A DNA stretch of 64,000 bases from Flavobacteriaceae bacterium (GCA_009886625.1 QXZA01000027.1:293-64292); one strand, 5' to 3'. Counted from the first letter of the stretch, positions 52,128 to 59,277 are shown. Program-made: numbers and translations. Notes: a model not told the origin generated them from the sequence alone.

Positions 52128-53260
52128 CTAAAGAAACTTTAGAACTAGACAGCATTCCTGAAGCTATAGAAGCAATAAAAAACGGAGAAGTCATTATTGT
52201 TGTTGATGATGCCAACAGAGAAAATGAAGGAGATTTTATTGCAGCTGCAGAAAAAATCACTCCAGAACTTATAAACTTCATGGCCACCCATGGTCGTGGT
52301 TTAATATGTGCTCCGTTAACTGAACATCGTTGTCAAGAGTTACAACTTGGTAAAATGGTGACCAACAATACCGACCCATTAGAAACAGCTTTTACCGTCT
52401 CCGTAGATTTAAAAGGAAATGGAGTAACTACTGGGATTTCAGCCGCTGATAGATCCAAAACAATTGAAGCCCTAATAGATTCAAAAACCTCCCCTTTAGA
52501 TTTATCCAGACCTGGACACATCTTTCCATTGATTGCAAAAACTGGAGGAGTGTTAAGAAGAACAGGACATACAGAGGCTGCAATTGATTTTGCACGACTT
52601 GCTGGAATGCAAGCTGCTGGAGTCATAGTCGAAATCATGAATGATGACGGAACCATGGCACGTCTTCCTCAGTTGATCGATGTTGCAAAAAAATTCAACC
52701 TTAAAATTGTTTCAATAGAAGATCTAGTTTCTTATCGAATGCAGCACGATAGTCTTATTGAGAAAAAAGTAGATTATTTAATCAATACACGTTATGGTGA
52801 CTTTAGATTAAGAGCATATGAGCAAACCACTACAGGATCAGTACATTTAGCTTTGACTAAAGGACTCTGGTCTTTGGATGATGTAGTTCTTACTCGAATA
52901 CACTCTTCAAAAATAACAAATGATATTCTCGGAACTTTGACAGGGTCTGTAGATAAGGGTTTAGATGATATTTTTAAACTAATCAATAATGAAGGATGTG
53001 GGGCTGTTTTATTTATTAATCAAGAACAAACCCCTGAAAACCTTCTTAGTCGAATTTCTGCTCTTGAAGAAATGCAGGCGAATGGAACTTTAGACAAAGC
53101 ACCTCCAATGAAAATAGATGCCAAAGATTATGGAATTGGCGCTCAGATTTTACACGATTTGAATATCAAGAAGTTGTGTGTGATTAGTAATTCTGAACAA
53201 CAACAAAGAATCGGAATCACAGGATATGGAATTACAATAGAAGGCTACAAAAACTATTAG
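52124..53260 (+). CDS. ribB: 3,4-dihydroxy-2-butanone-4-phosphate synthase fused to a degenerate GTP cyclohydrolase II-like domain
   Basis: The DHBPS half is intact (VVDDANRENEGDFI, GHTEAAIDFARLAG). The C-terminal half aligns to GCHII, but the region corresponding to HSECLTGD...RCDCG reads HSSKITNDILGTLTGSVDKG with no cysteine. Confidence 0.85.
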   Translation: MTKETLELDSIPEAIEAIKNGEVIIVVDDANRENEGDFIAAAEKITPELINFMATHGRGLICAPLTEHRCQELQLGKMVTNNTDPLETAFTVSVDLKGNGVTTGISAADRSKTIEALIDSKTSPLDLSRPGHIFPLIAKTGGVLRRTGHTEAAIDFARLAGMQAAGVIVEIMNDDGTMARLPQLIDVAKKFNLKIVSIEDLVSYRMQHDSLIEKKVDYLINTRYGDFRLRAYEQTTTGSVHLALTKGLWSLDDVVLTRIHSSKITNDILGTLTGSVDKGLDDIFKLINNEGCGAVLFINQEQTPENLLSRISALEEMQANGTLDKAPPMKIDAKDYGIGAQILHDLNIKKLCVISNSEQQQRIGITGYGITIEGYKNY

Positions 53261-53261
53261 T

Positions 53262-54017
53262 CTATTCGAAAAACCACAATTTTACAGCCATGATTCCAAT
53301 TGTAAACAACATGGCCCAGCGGATCACACGATCCCCCTTTTTTACAGACCAACGGCTTGCCCACCATGCGCCAAAACTTGTACCCAAAGCCATTAATAAT
53401 CCTAATTTCCAATCAACAGCACCATTATAGGCAAATAATGCCAAGGCCACAGAAGAATAAATAAAAACAATAGCTGTTTTCGAAGCATTTGTTTTGACTA
53501 AACTTAAACGGTTCAAACGATTTAAAAAAAGCATAATTACTATGCCTATTCCAGCATTGATAAAACCGCCATAAATACCAATAAAAAAGAATCCAAGAAT
53601 TCCATAAAAAAGATATTTACCCGTAAGTCGCTCAGGCAAATTATGTGTTAAGTTTTTTGCATTCATTAAGATTAATCCCCCCACAATCAACAAAATGATA
53701 GCCAAAATTCGATTGAATAAACGTCCATCCAAATCGACGGCTATCTGAGCCCCAATTAGGGCCCCTATACTCGCACTAGTTCCTAAATAAATATTAAAAG
53801 GAAAATTTGACACCCCCTTACTTCTGTATCCCATTGTTCCAGAAAGTGACTGGATCACAATAGCAATGCGATTTGTACCATTTGCAATAGTAGGAGGTAA
53901 ACCTAAAAAAATGAGCACTGGAAGTGTAAAAAGTGAGCCACCCCCTGCAAGAGTATTAATCACTCCCGCAAAAAAGCCTACTACAATGAGAATAGTAGCT
54001 TGAATAAATTCTTCCAT
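53262..54017 (-). CDS. TauE/SafE-family anion exporter
   Basis: About 250 aa, 7-8 TM, internal duplication with GFFAGVINTLAGGGS and GGFINAGIG motifs. ATG 54017 is preferred over the track's TTG 54029. Confidence 0.72.
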   Translation of the reverse strand: MEEFIQATILIVVGFFAGVINTLAGGGSLFTLPVLIFLGLPPTIANGTNRIAIVIQSLSGTMGYRSKGVSNFPFNIYLGTSASIGALIGAQIAVDLDGRLFNRILAIILLIVGGLILMNAKNLTHNLPERLTGKYLFYGILGFFFIGIYGGFINAGIGIVIMLFLNRLNRLSLVKTNASKTAIVFIYSSVALALFAYNGAVDWKLGLLMALGTSFGAWWASRWSVKKGDRVIRWAMLFTIGIMAVKLWFFE

Positions 54018-54118
54018 ACTCAGTACCAAAACTACAAAAACTCAAATGTAAATTATTCCAAAGTGATTAATTAAATATTTTCTATTCTCAAAAAGGAATG
54101 TATATTTGCAACCGCATT

Positions 54119-54203
54119 GGAGAAATGGCAGAGTGGTCGAATGCGGCAGTCTTGAAAACTGTTGAGGGTCACACCTCCGGGGGTTCGAATCCCTCTTTCT
54201 CCG
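54119..54203 (+). tRNA. tRNA-Ser (anticodon UGA)
   Basis: Acceptor GGAGAAA/TTTCTCC, anticodon loop CT-TGA-AA on stem GCAGT/ACTGT, a long variable arm (GAGGGTCACACCTCC), T-arm GGGGG-TTCGAAT-CCCTC, discriminator G, and no encoded CCA. Confidence 0.93.
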
Positions 54204-54210
54204 CAACAAC

Positions 54211-54259
54211 AATCCCTATTGCATTAAAATACAATGTTTTAGGGGTTTTTTGTTTTTTT
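54211..54259 (+). terminator. candidate terminator after tRNA-Ser
   Basis: Outer stem AATCCCT/AGGGGTT, inner stem ATTG/CAAT with an internal loop, then TTTTTGTTTTTTT. Confidence 0.5.
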
Positions 54260-54401
54260 ATTGTACGGTATTTGTACGGCTACTCAATTTTAAAAGCTAA
54301 AAGTTTCAATCCTGTATTAATCCAAAAACCGGGGCATGGGTTTTAGAAAACAGTTTTTCTATTTGAACAGGGGGTTGAGATTTGATTTATAACCTAATCT
54401 T

Positions 54402-54439
54402 TCTATATTAGAGGTATTATTAACCATAAATCAATTAAA
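54402..54439 (+). promoter_or_regulatory. conserved pre-ATG module, copy 1
   Basis: TCTATATTAGAGGTATTATTAACCATAAATCAATTAAA directly precedes the ATG. It is near-identical to 55422-55461 and similar to 57680-57711. Confidence 0.6.
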
Positions 54440-55240
54440 ATGAAAAAAATTCTTCATGTCTTATTTACAGCTCTAATGATATCGTCATGTAATACTCCTC
54501 AAAAAACATCATCTAAATTTTCAGCCCCAGAAGCAGGAAATTACATTGAGTGGTTTGGTGATAACGAAATGGCAAATGAATTTGCTATGATTGGAATGAG
54601 ACACTTTATGAATGCTGAACAAGAAAAAGCTTATGCTTTTTTAGAAACAGCTCTTTCTTACGACTCTTCGATGTTTGCTCCACATGTTTGCCTAGCAGAA
54701 ATGTCTTTAGACGGTTCTGAAAAACAAAAATATCATATATCGCAAGCGAAAAAGAATGTTGCAGAAAACAATGAGACATCTAAGGTTTTTGTTTCAATTT
54801 TAGACCAAAAGCCTGATGGTTACTGGGGCTATTTTGATTCCTCAAAAGCGCATGAACTTTGGAAAAAAATGCATGAGCTTGAACCAAAAGGAAACTTCAT
54901 AAAACAATTCTATGCTTGGACTATGGAAGATAAAGAACAAAGTATCGCAACTATTAATAAGTTTATAACTACCGCTAAAACAAATAATGAGTCTTATGAA
55001 AATCTACTCAATCTTTTGGGGTATAAATTAATGTCAAATGGAGATATGGACGGTGCTGAAAAAGTGTTTTTAGACTATATTAAAGTCTACCCTGATGGAT
55101 ATAATTCATACGACTCAATGGGCGAATATTATTTAAAAAATGAAATGAATGAATCTGCAAAAGAGATGTATTTGAAAGCTCTTGAAAAATATCAGTTTGC
55201 AAATAATGCGCGCAACGTAATTTCAAAAATGACAGAATAA
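54440..55240 (+). CDS. lipoprotein with TPR-like helical repeats
   Basis: Lipobox LMISSC, and C-terminal GDMDGAEKVFLDYIKVYPDGYNSYDSMGEYYLKNEMNESAKEMYLKALE (TPR-like). Confidence 0.6.
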   Translation: MKKILHVLFTALMISSCNTPQKTSSKFSAPEAGNYIEWFGDNEMANEFAMIGMRHFMNAEQEKAYAFLETALSYDSSMFAPHVCLAEMSLDGSEKQKYHISQAKKNVAENNETSKVFVSILDQKPDGYWGYFDSSKAHELWKKMHELEPKGNFIKQFYAWTMEDKEQSIATINKFITTAKTNNESYENLLNLLGYKLMSNGDMDGAEKVFLDYIKVYPDGYNSYDSMGEYYLKNEMNESAKEMYLKALEKYQFANNARNVISKMTE

Positions 55241-55262
55241 TAAGAACAAAGAATTATATAAA

Positions 55263-55289
55263 CTCTTCTACATGGAGGGTTTTTCTTTT
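55263..55289 (+). terminator. terminator of the CCTCC-N5-GGAGG family (degenerate 5' arm)
   Basis: CTCTTC-tacat-GGAGGG. The two C-to-T changes still allow G-U pairs. It is followed by TTTTTCTTTT. Confidence 0.5.
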
Positions 55290-55352
55290 ACACCAATGCC
55301 CCCAATCCAAATCCTCTCTAATCAATTGATATTATTGTCTTAAGATAGGATT
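55274..55352 (+). repeat. 79-bp intergenic repeat, copy A
   Basis: GGAGGGTTTTTCTTTTACACCAATGCC... matches 56089-56167 at about 69 of 79 positions (hand alignment, no gaps). Confidence 0.8.
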
Positions 55353-55421
55353 CCTGTGTAGTGGTTATAGGGGGAGTTGTTTTGGGGAAGTTTGTAGTCT
55401 GTTTTGAAATAAACCCCATTA

Positions 55422-55461
55422 TCTATATCTTAGAGGTATTATTAATCATAAATCAATTATA
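55422..55461 (+). promoter_or_regulatory. conserved pre-ATG module, copy 2
   Basis: TCTATATCTTAGAGGTATTATTAATCATAAATCAATTATA directly precedes the ATG. Confidence 0.6.
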
Positions 55462-55887
55462 ATGAAAAAATTATTTTACTTACTCTTTTTTGCAACAACC
55501 TTGAGTTTTGCACAAGACATTGAATGGGATTCCAAAACTACATTTGAAGCTATTTTTGATATTGACGCTGTACACACAAGAGATGGAATCAATTATGAAC
55601 TTTCTGCGTCGGGAGATGCGGGTCCTTATGGTAAAGCCTATATATCATATGTTTTTACCAATTATAACAACAGTACTTCGAACGGAGAATTCACAGGTTT
55701 TGCTTGGACACAAATGGGAGAGGATATTGTAAAGGCAACATTACAAGGTGTTTATAGAAAAGAAGGTAAGGTGTTTAAAATGTACTCTTACGATAATACC
55801 ACAGATGATAATAAAATCATGATTGTAAGTGGAGTAGTGGATTTTGTAGCCCAGACCATGAAGTTTAAAGTTTCTCCATTAAAATGA
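55462..55887 (+). CDS. small secreted protein of unknown function
   Basis: 141 aa. Signal peptide MKKLFYLLFFATTLSFAQ and a beta-rich mature part. The stop overlaps the start of the next small ORF (ATGA). Confidence 0.55.
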   Translation: MKKLFYLLFFATTLSFAQDIEWDSKTTFEAIFDIDAVHTRDGINYELSASGDAGPYGKAYISYVFTNYNNSTSNGEFTGFAWTQMGEDIVKATLQGVYRKEGKVFKMYSYDNTTDDNKIMIVSGVVDFVAQTMKFKVSPLK

Positions 55888-56051
55888 AACAAGTAAAGTT
55901 TATAGATTTAGGAAACGATTGTGATTTTATTGTTAAAGGATCTGTTGATGAAGTGATGATACAAGTTGCAGACCATGCTAATGGAGTTCACAATATGACA
56001 ATTACAGACGATGTTGTTGCAGCAGTGAAAGGTGTAATGACTGATGTATAG
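55884..56051 (+). CDS. DUF1059-like small protein (55 aa), missed by the ORF track
   Basis: MKQVKFIDLGNDCDFIVKGSVDEVMIQVADHANGVHNMTITDDVVAAVKGVMTDV fits the DUF1059 pattern (D.G.dCdF...g...eE....a.eHa...H.m). Confidence 0.6.
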   Translation: MKQVKFIDLGNDCDFIVKGSVDEVMIQVADHANGVHNMTITDDVVAAVKGVMTDV

Positions 56052-56077
56052 TTAATGTAATCTATCAATAAACTTAG

Positions 56078-56104
56078 CCCTCCCAAGCGGAGGGTTTTTC
56101 TTTT
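56078..56104 (+). terminator. terminator of the CCTCC-N5-GGAGG family
   Basis: CCCTCC-caagc-GGAGGG followed by TTTTTCTTTT. Confidence 0.7.
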
Positions 56105-56167
56105 ACACCAATGCCTCCAATCTAAATCCCTTCTAATCCATTGATTTCATTGCCTTATGATAAGATT
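56089..56167 (+). repeat. 79-bp intergenic repeat, copy B
   Basis: See copy A. Weaker similarity continues to about 56206 (ATAGAGGTTGTTTGTTAAGGGTTTGT versus ATAGGGGGAGTTGTTTTGGGGAAGTTTGT at 55368-55396). Confidence 0.8.
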
Positions 56168-56247
56168 TGCTTATGACAAAATAGAGGTTGTTTGTTAAGG
56201 GTTTGTGTGGATACGTGATGGGGATTAGTTTTAATCCATAAATACTG

Positions 56248-56323
56248 AAAACTGCGCAAAAATGACTAAAAAACATTAAAAGTGAATCAAAATCACGCAA
56301 AAAAGAGTAAAAATAGCAGAAAA
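56248..56323. other. eight helically phased A-tracts (predicted intrinsically curved DNA)
   Basis: A4-A6 runs start at 56248, 56258, 56268, 56278, 56289, 56299, 56309 and 56320, giving spacings of 10, 10, 10, 11, 10, 10 and 11. A T7 run follows at 56328-56334. Confidence 0.8.
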
Positions 56324-56352
56324 TAGCTTTTTTTAAATTTCTGCTAATAATA

Positions 56353-56372
56353 AGATTTTAATAATAAAATCT
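56353..56372. repeat. perfect 8-bp inverted repeat
   Basis: AGATTTTA-ataa-TAAAATCT. A direct repeat CTTGTTTCA follows at 56377-56385 and 56392-56400. Confidence 0.5.
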
Positions 56373-56667
56373 CCACTTGTTTCAATAGTAGCTTGTTTCA
56401 TTCATGGAAACTGGATTACTATTTTTAAAGACTTCTTAATATGTGGGATAAAGTCTAACTTGTTTACATCTCAAGTAGCTAATTAATTATTTACAAACCT
56501 TAGTTTGACTAATCAAAGAGATTTAGCATCTCTAACCTAATGAATAGGACATACTTATAATTTATGTTAGTTAACTAAGAGAGTATTCATTTTTGGGCAA
56601 TTACTGTTGTATATGTCAGTTGGTATTTTGAGTCAACAAGTGTAAAATAATTCTAACATAAAATAGA

Positions 56668-57168
56668 CTAAAGATAATTACCTCTCAGAACTTTATTAAT
56701 TGCAACTTCACTTCCATTTAATTCATTAAAGCCTTGTATAACCTTTACGCCAGAGTTTATAGTCATAATACACTCTGAACCTCTTTTTAAAACTTTCAAA
56801 AAGTCCTCAATTTCGTATTCTTGTTTACTTTTTAAGTCTTTAAGTTTTAATATCCTTAATTTACCTTTTTCCTTTATTGAGCTTAAAATTTTAATTTTTC
56901 TTTCGCCAATTTCAAATAATACATAGTATTTCTCTGAAGTATTTAAAAAATTTCCCTCTATTGCTAGATCCAAACCCAGCTCTCTTGATTTAGATAGATT
57001 TAAAACAATTGTATCGTATTTAAAAACATTGAATGAAAATTCTCCAATGGCATTGATTTTTTTTTCTTCTTGGTTTAATGTAAAACCCCATTGGGCATAA
57101 GCACCATTCAAAGCAAAAAACAAAAAAAGGGAGATTATTTTTTTCAATATTTGATTAATTGTTGGCAA
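56668..57168 (-). CDS. secreted protein of unknown function
   Basis: Signal peptide ...KKIISLFLFFALNGAYAQ. Only TTG starts are available (57168, or 57147 giving MKKIISLF...). Confidence 0.5.
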   Translation of the reverse strand: MPTINQILKKIISLFLFFALNGAYAQWGFTLNQEEKKINAIGEFSFNVFKYDTIVLNLSKSRELGLDLAIEGNFLNTSEKYYVLFEIGERKIKILSSIKEKGKLRILKLKDLKSKQEYEIEDFLKVLKRGSECIMTINSGVKVIQGFNELNGSEVAINKVLRGNYL

Positions 57169-57281
57169 GTTTAAATCTACAATTTATTTTCCGAACTAAA
57201 TAAAGAGGATATGCCTATGATTTAGATAATTTTTATTCAATTCAAGCTCATAATGATAAAAATCTAGAAAAAATCCATGAA

Positions 57282-57587
57282 ATGGATAAGGAAGATGTAA
57301 TTATTAGGGCTGCAGATGGTTCTCTTTATAATGGAAGTGATTCTCATAAAAAAGAACTAGAAGTATGGTTTGGTGCAGCAAACCCAACTTGGAAAGTTAA
57401 ATGGATGGTTGCTAATACTGTTCAGGGAGCAGATGGAATAAAACAGCATTGGTTAACAACAGGTGTTGACCTAGTTCAAGTAATAGAAGAGGTTACTGTC
57501 ACTTCACATCACGTTGTAGATGTGAACTTCGTTGACGGAAAAATAAAAGAATTAAATGCATACGATAGAGCTAGTGAAAAGAAATAA
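57282..57587 (+). CDS. hypothetical protein, possibly a 5'-truncated NTF2/SnoaL-like gene
   Basis: 101 aa from the first ATG. The frame stays open for 26 more codons upstream (RGYAYDLDNFYSIQAHNDKNLEKIHE) with no ATG/GTG/TTG. No signal peptide. Confidence 0.4.
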   Translation: MDKEDVIIRAADGSLYNGSDSHKKELEVWFGAANPTWKVKWMVANTVQGADGIKQHWLTTGVDLVQVIEEVTVTSHHVVDVNFVDGKIKELNAYDRASEKK

Positions 57588-57616
57588 AAGAAACACACTT
57601 TTTTGATGACAAATTG

Positions 57617-57642
57617 AATCCTCCCACATGGAGGATTTTTTT
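57617..57642 (+). terminator. terminator of the CCTCC-N5-GGAGG family
   Basis: AATCCTCC-cacat-GGAGGATT followed by TTTTT. Confidence 0.7.
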
Positions 57643-57679
57643 ATTATAAAAAGGAAGTTTTAACTAAAAAAAAATTAAA

Positions 57680-57711
57680 TTAGAATATTATTAACCATAA
57701 ATCAATTTAAA
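57680..57711 (+). promoter_or_regulatory. conserved pre-ATG module, copy 3
   Basis: TTAGAATATTATTAACCATAAATCAATTTAAA directly precedes the ATG. Confidence 0.55.
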
Positions 57712-58464
57712 ATGAAGAAAATTATTTTATTTATTCTTGTTTTTTCAAGTACGCTATCTTTTGCGCAAATCACCTTATACCATACCGTATATGTGAACAG
57801 TGAAGATCAATCAAAATTTGAAATGGTAGAGAGAGACTATATGTCTAAACTTGCCCAAAAGGCAGTAAATGACGGAAAATTTATTTATTGGGCACTTGAA
57901 AAGGTTTTACAGCCCTCTAACGCAATAGGAGGAGAAGTTAATCATCAGTTAGTAGGTAATTGGTATCAATTTGTAATTGTATATTCAGATATGAAAGCAT
58001 ATCTAAATGCTGGACAATGGTGGAATGATACAGATAATCTTTTAGGGGTTCCACAAGAGCTATTATCATATAAAGTAAAACAAGGTGGCATGTATTTGTG
58101 GCACATCAAAGATTCTTCAATGGTGCCAGGTGCAAAATTTTCAGCTTATAATTTTGGTTTTTCTGAGGAACCTTCAAAATTTATTGAAAGTCAAAAAGAA
58201 TATAAAGTGTTTTTTGAAAACATGAACAAAACAAATCAAAACGGAAGAGCTGGTTGGGTCTCCGGTGTTAGAGTCTCTCCAAAAAACTTTGGTGAACACA
58301 ATGTAATGACATGGGATGGTTTTTTAACTCTCGAAGATGCTATGAACCACTGGACTAATTGGGTCGAATCAAAAAAAGAATATAAAAAGATTCATTTACC
58401 AAACGGTTTTGATTTAAAAACGATTGCAGCCAAAATAGCGGAAACCTCTGCCCCATCTAACTAA
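57712..58464 (+). CDS. secreted protein, two tandem ~100-aa repeats (paralog 1)
   Basis: Signal peptide ...STLSFAQ. It is paralogous to 58491-59228 (YHTVYVNSEDQSKFEMVERDYMSKLAQKAVNDGK versus THVYVNVPVENSAEFERLEIDYWSKIAKKGIDEGK, and WDGFLTLEDAMNHW versus RDGFKTLADAMNYL). Confidence 0.6.
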   Translation: MKKIILFILVFSSTLSFAQITLYHTVYVNSEDQSKFEMVERDYMSKLAQKAVNDGKFIYWALEKVLQPSNAIGGEVNHQLVGNWYQFVIVYSDMKAYLNAGQWWNDTDNLLGVPQELLSYKVKQGGMYLWHIKDSSMVPGAKFSAYNFGFSEEPSKFIESQKEYKVFFENMNKTNQNGRAGWVSGVRVSPKNFGEHNVMTWDGFLTLEDAMNHWTNWVESKKEYKKIHLPNGFDLKTIAAKIAETSAPSN

Positions 58465-58490
58465 TCAAAATATTAATTAAATAAATCAAA

Positions 58491-59228
58491 ATGAAAAATA
58501 TATTACTATTATTTATTAGTATAAGTGTTTTTAATACGCATAACATTATAGCTCAAATAAGCACTCATGTATATGTAAATGTTCCTGTAGAAAACTCAGC
58601 AGAATTTGAAAGACTTGAAATTGATTATTGGTCAAAAATTGCCAAAAAAGGAATTGATGAAGGCAAAATGACTGGATGGGGATTACTTAAGACAGTCGGA
58701 ATAGATAATGTAACCCATGTTATAGTGAATGTCTTTGAATCTATAGAACAAGCCACCAATAGTGGAAGTGTTTGGGATCCCTCAGTAATTGGAATGGATG
58801 CGAGAGAAATCAGCACTGTTGATCTAAGAAAGACAATAGCAGTAGTTAATTATCAAACTGAAGTACAGGAGAACTATGGGGATGAGCCTACTAACTTTAC
58901 TATCTTTAATTATGCAAATCCTAATAATGTAGCTGCTTTCATAAATGAAAACAAGACACTTTGGAAAGAGGTTCATAAAAAATCTATCGGAATGAGTAAA
59001 AGAACTTCTTGGGGAGTACATACTCGCATTCACCCTCAAGGAAATGAAACCTATTCTAGTATTTGGACAAGGGACGGTTTTAAAACTTTAGCTGATGCAA
59101 TGAATTACCTGAGATACAAGGAAAATAATACCATGCAGGCGATGACTAAAACTTCAAAAATGAACAAAATTCTTCCACAAGGATTCAAAAAATCAGTGAT
59201 TAGAGAGACCCTACATTGGGAAAATTAA
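58491..59228 (+). CDS. secreted protein, two tandem ~100-aa repeats (paralog 2)
   Basis: Signal peptide, and the same architecture as the upstream paralog. Confidence 0.6.
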   Translation: MKNILLLFISISVFNTHNIIAQISTHVYVNVPVENSAEFERLEIDYWSKIAKKGIDEGKMTGWGLLKTVGIDNVTHVIVNVFESIEQATNSGSVWDPSVIGMDAREISTVDLRKTIAVVNYQTEVQENYGDEPTNFTIFNYANPNNVAAFINENKTLWKEVHKKSIGMSKRTSWGVHTRIHPQGNETYSSIWTRDGFKTLADAMNYLRYKENNTMQAMTKTSKMNKILPQGFKKSVIRETLHWEN

Positions 59229-59249
59229 TCTGCTATAATCCAAAATATA

Positions 59250-59277
59250 AACCCTCCCTAGTGGAGGGTTTTCTTTT
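59250..59277 (+). terminator. terminator of the CCTCC-N5-GGAGG family
   Basis: AACCCTCC-ctagt-GGAGGGTT followed by TTCTTTT. Confidence 0.7.

Noticed and set aside
54098-54346. The 82-aa plus-strand track ORF.
   Set aside because: It is superimposed on the tRNA-Ser gene and its terminator.
55395-55415. MntR-type operator inside the spacer module (TTTGTAGT shared with operator 1 at 59836).
   Set aside because: Only an 8-mer is shared. The segment is not palindromic and is not conserved in the other two module copies.
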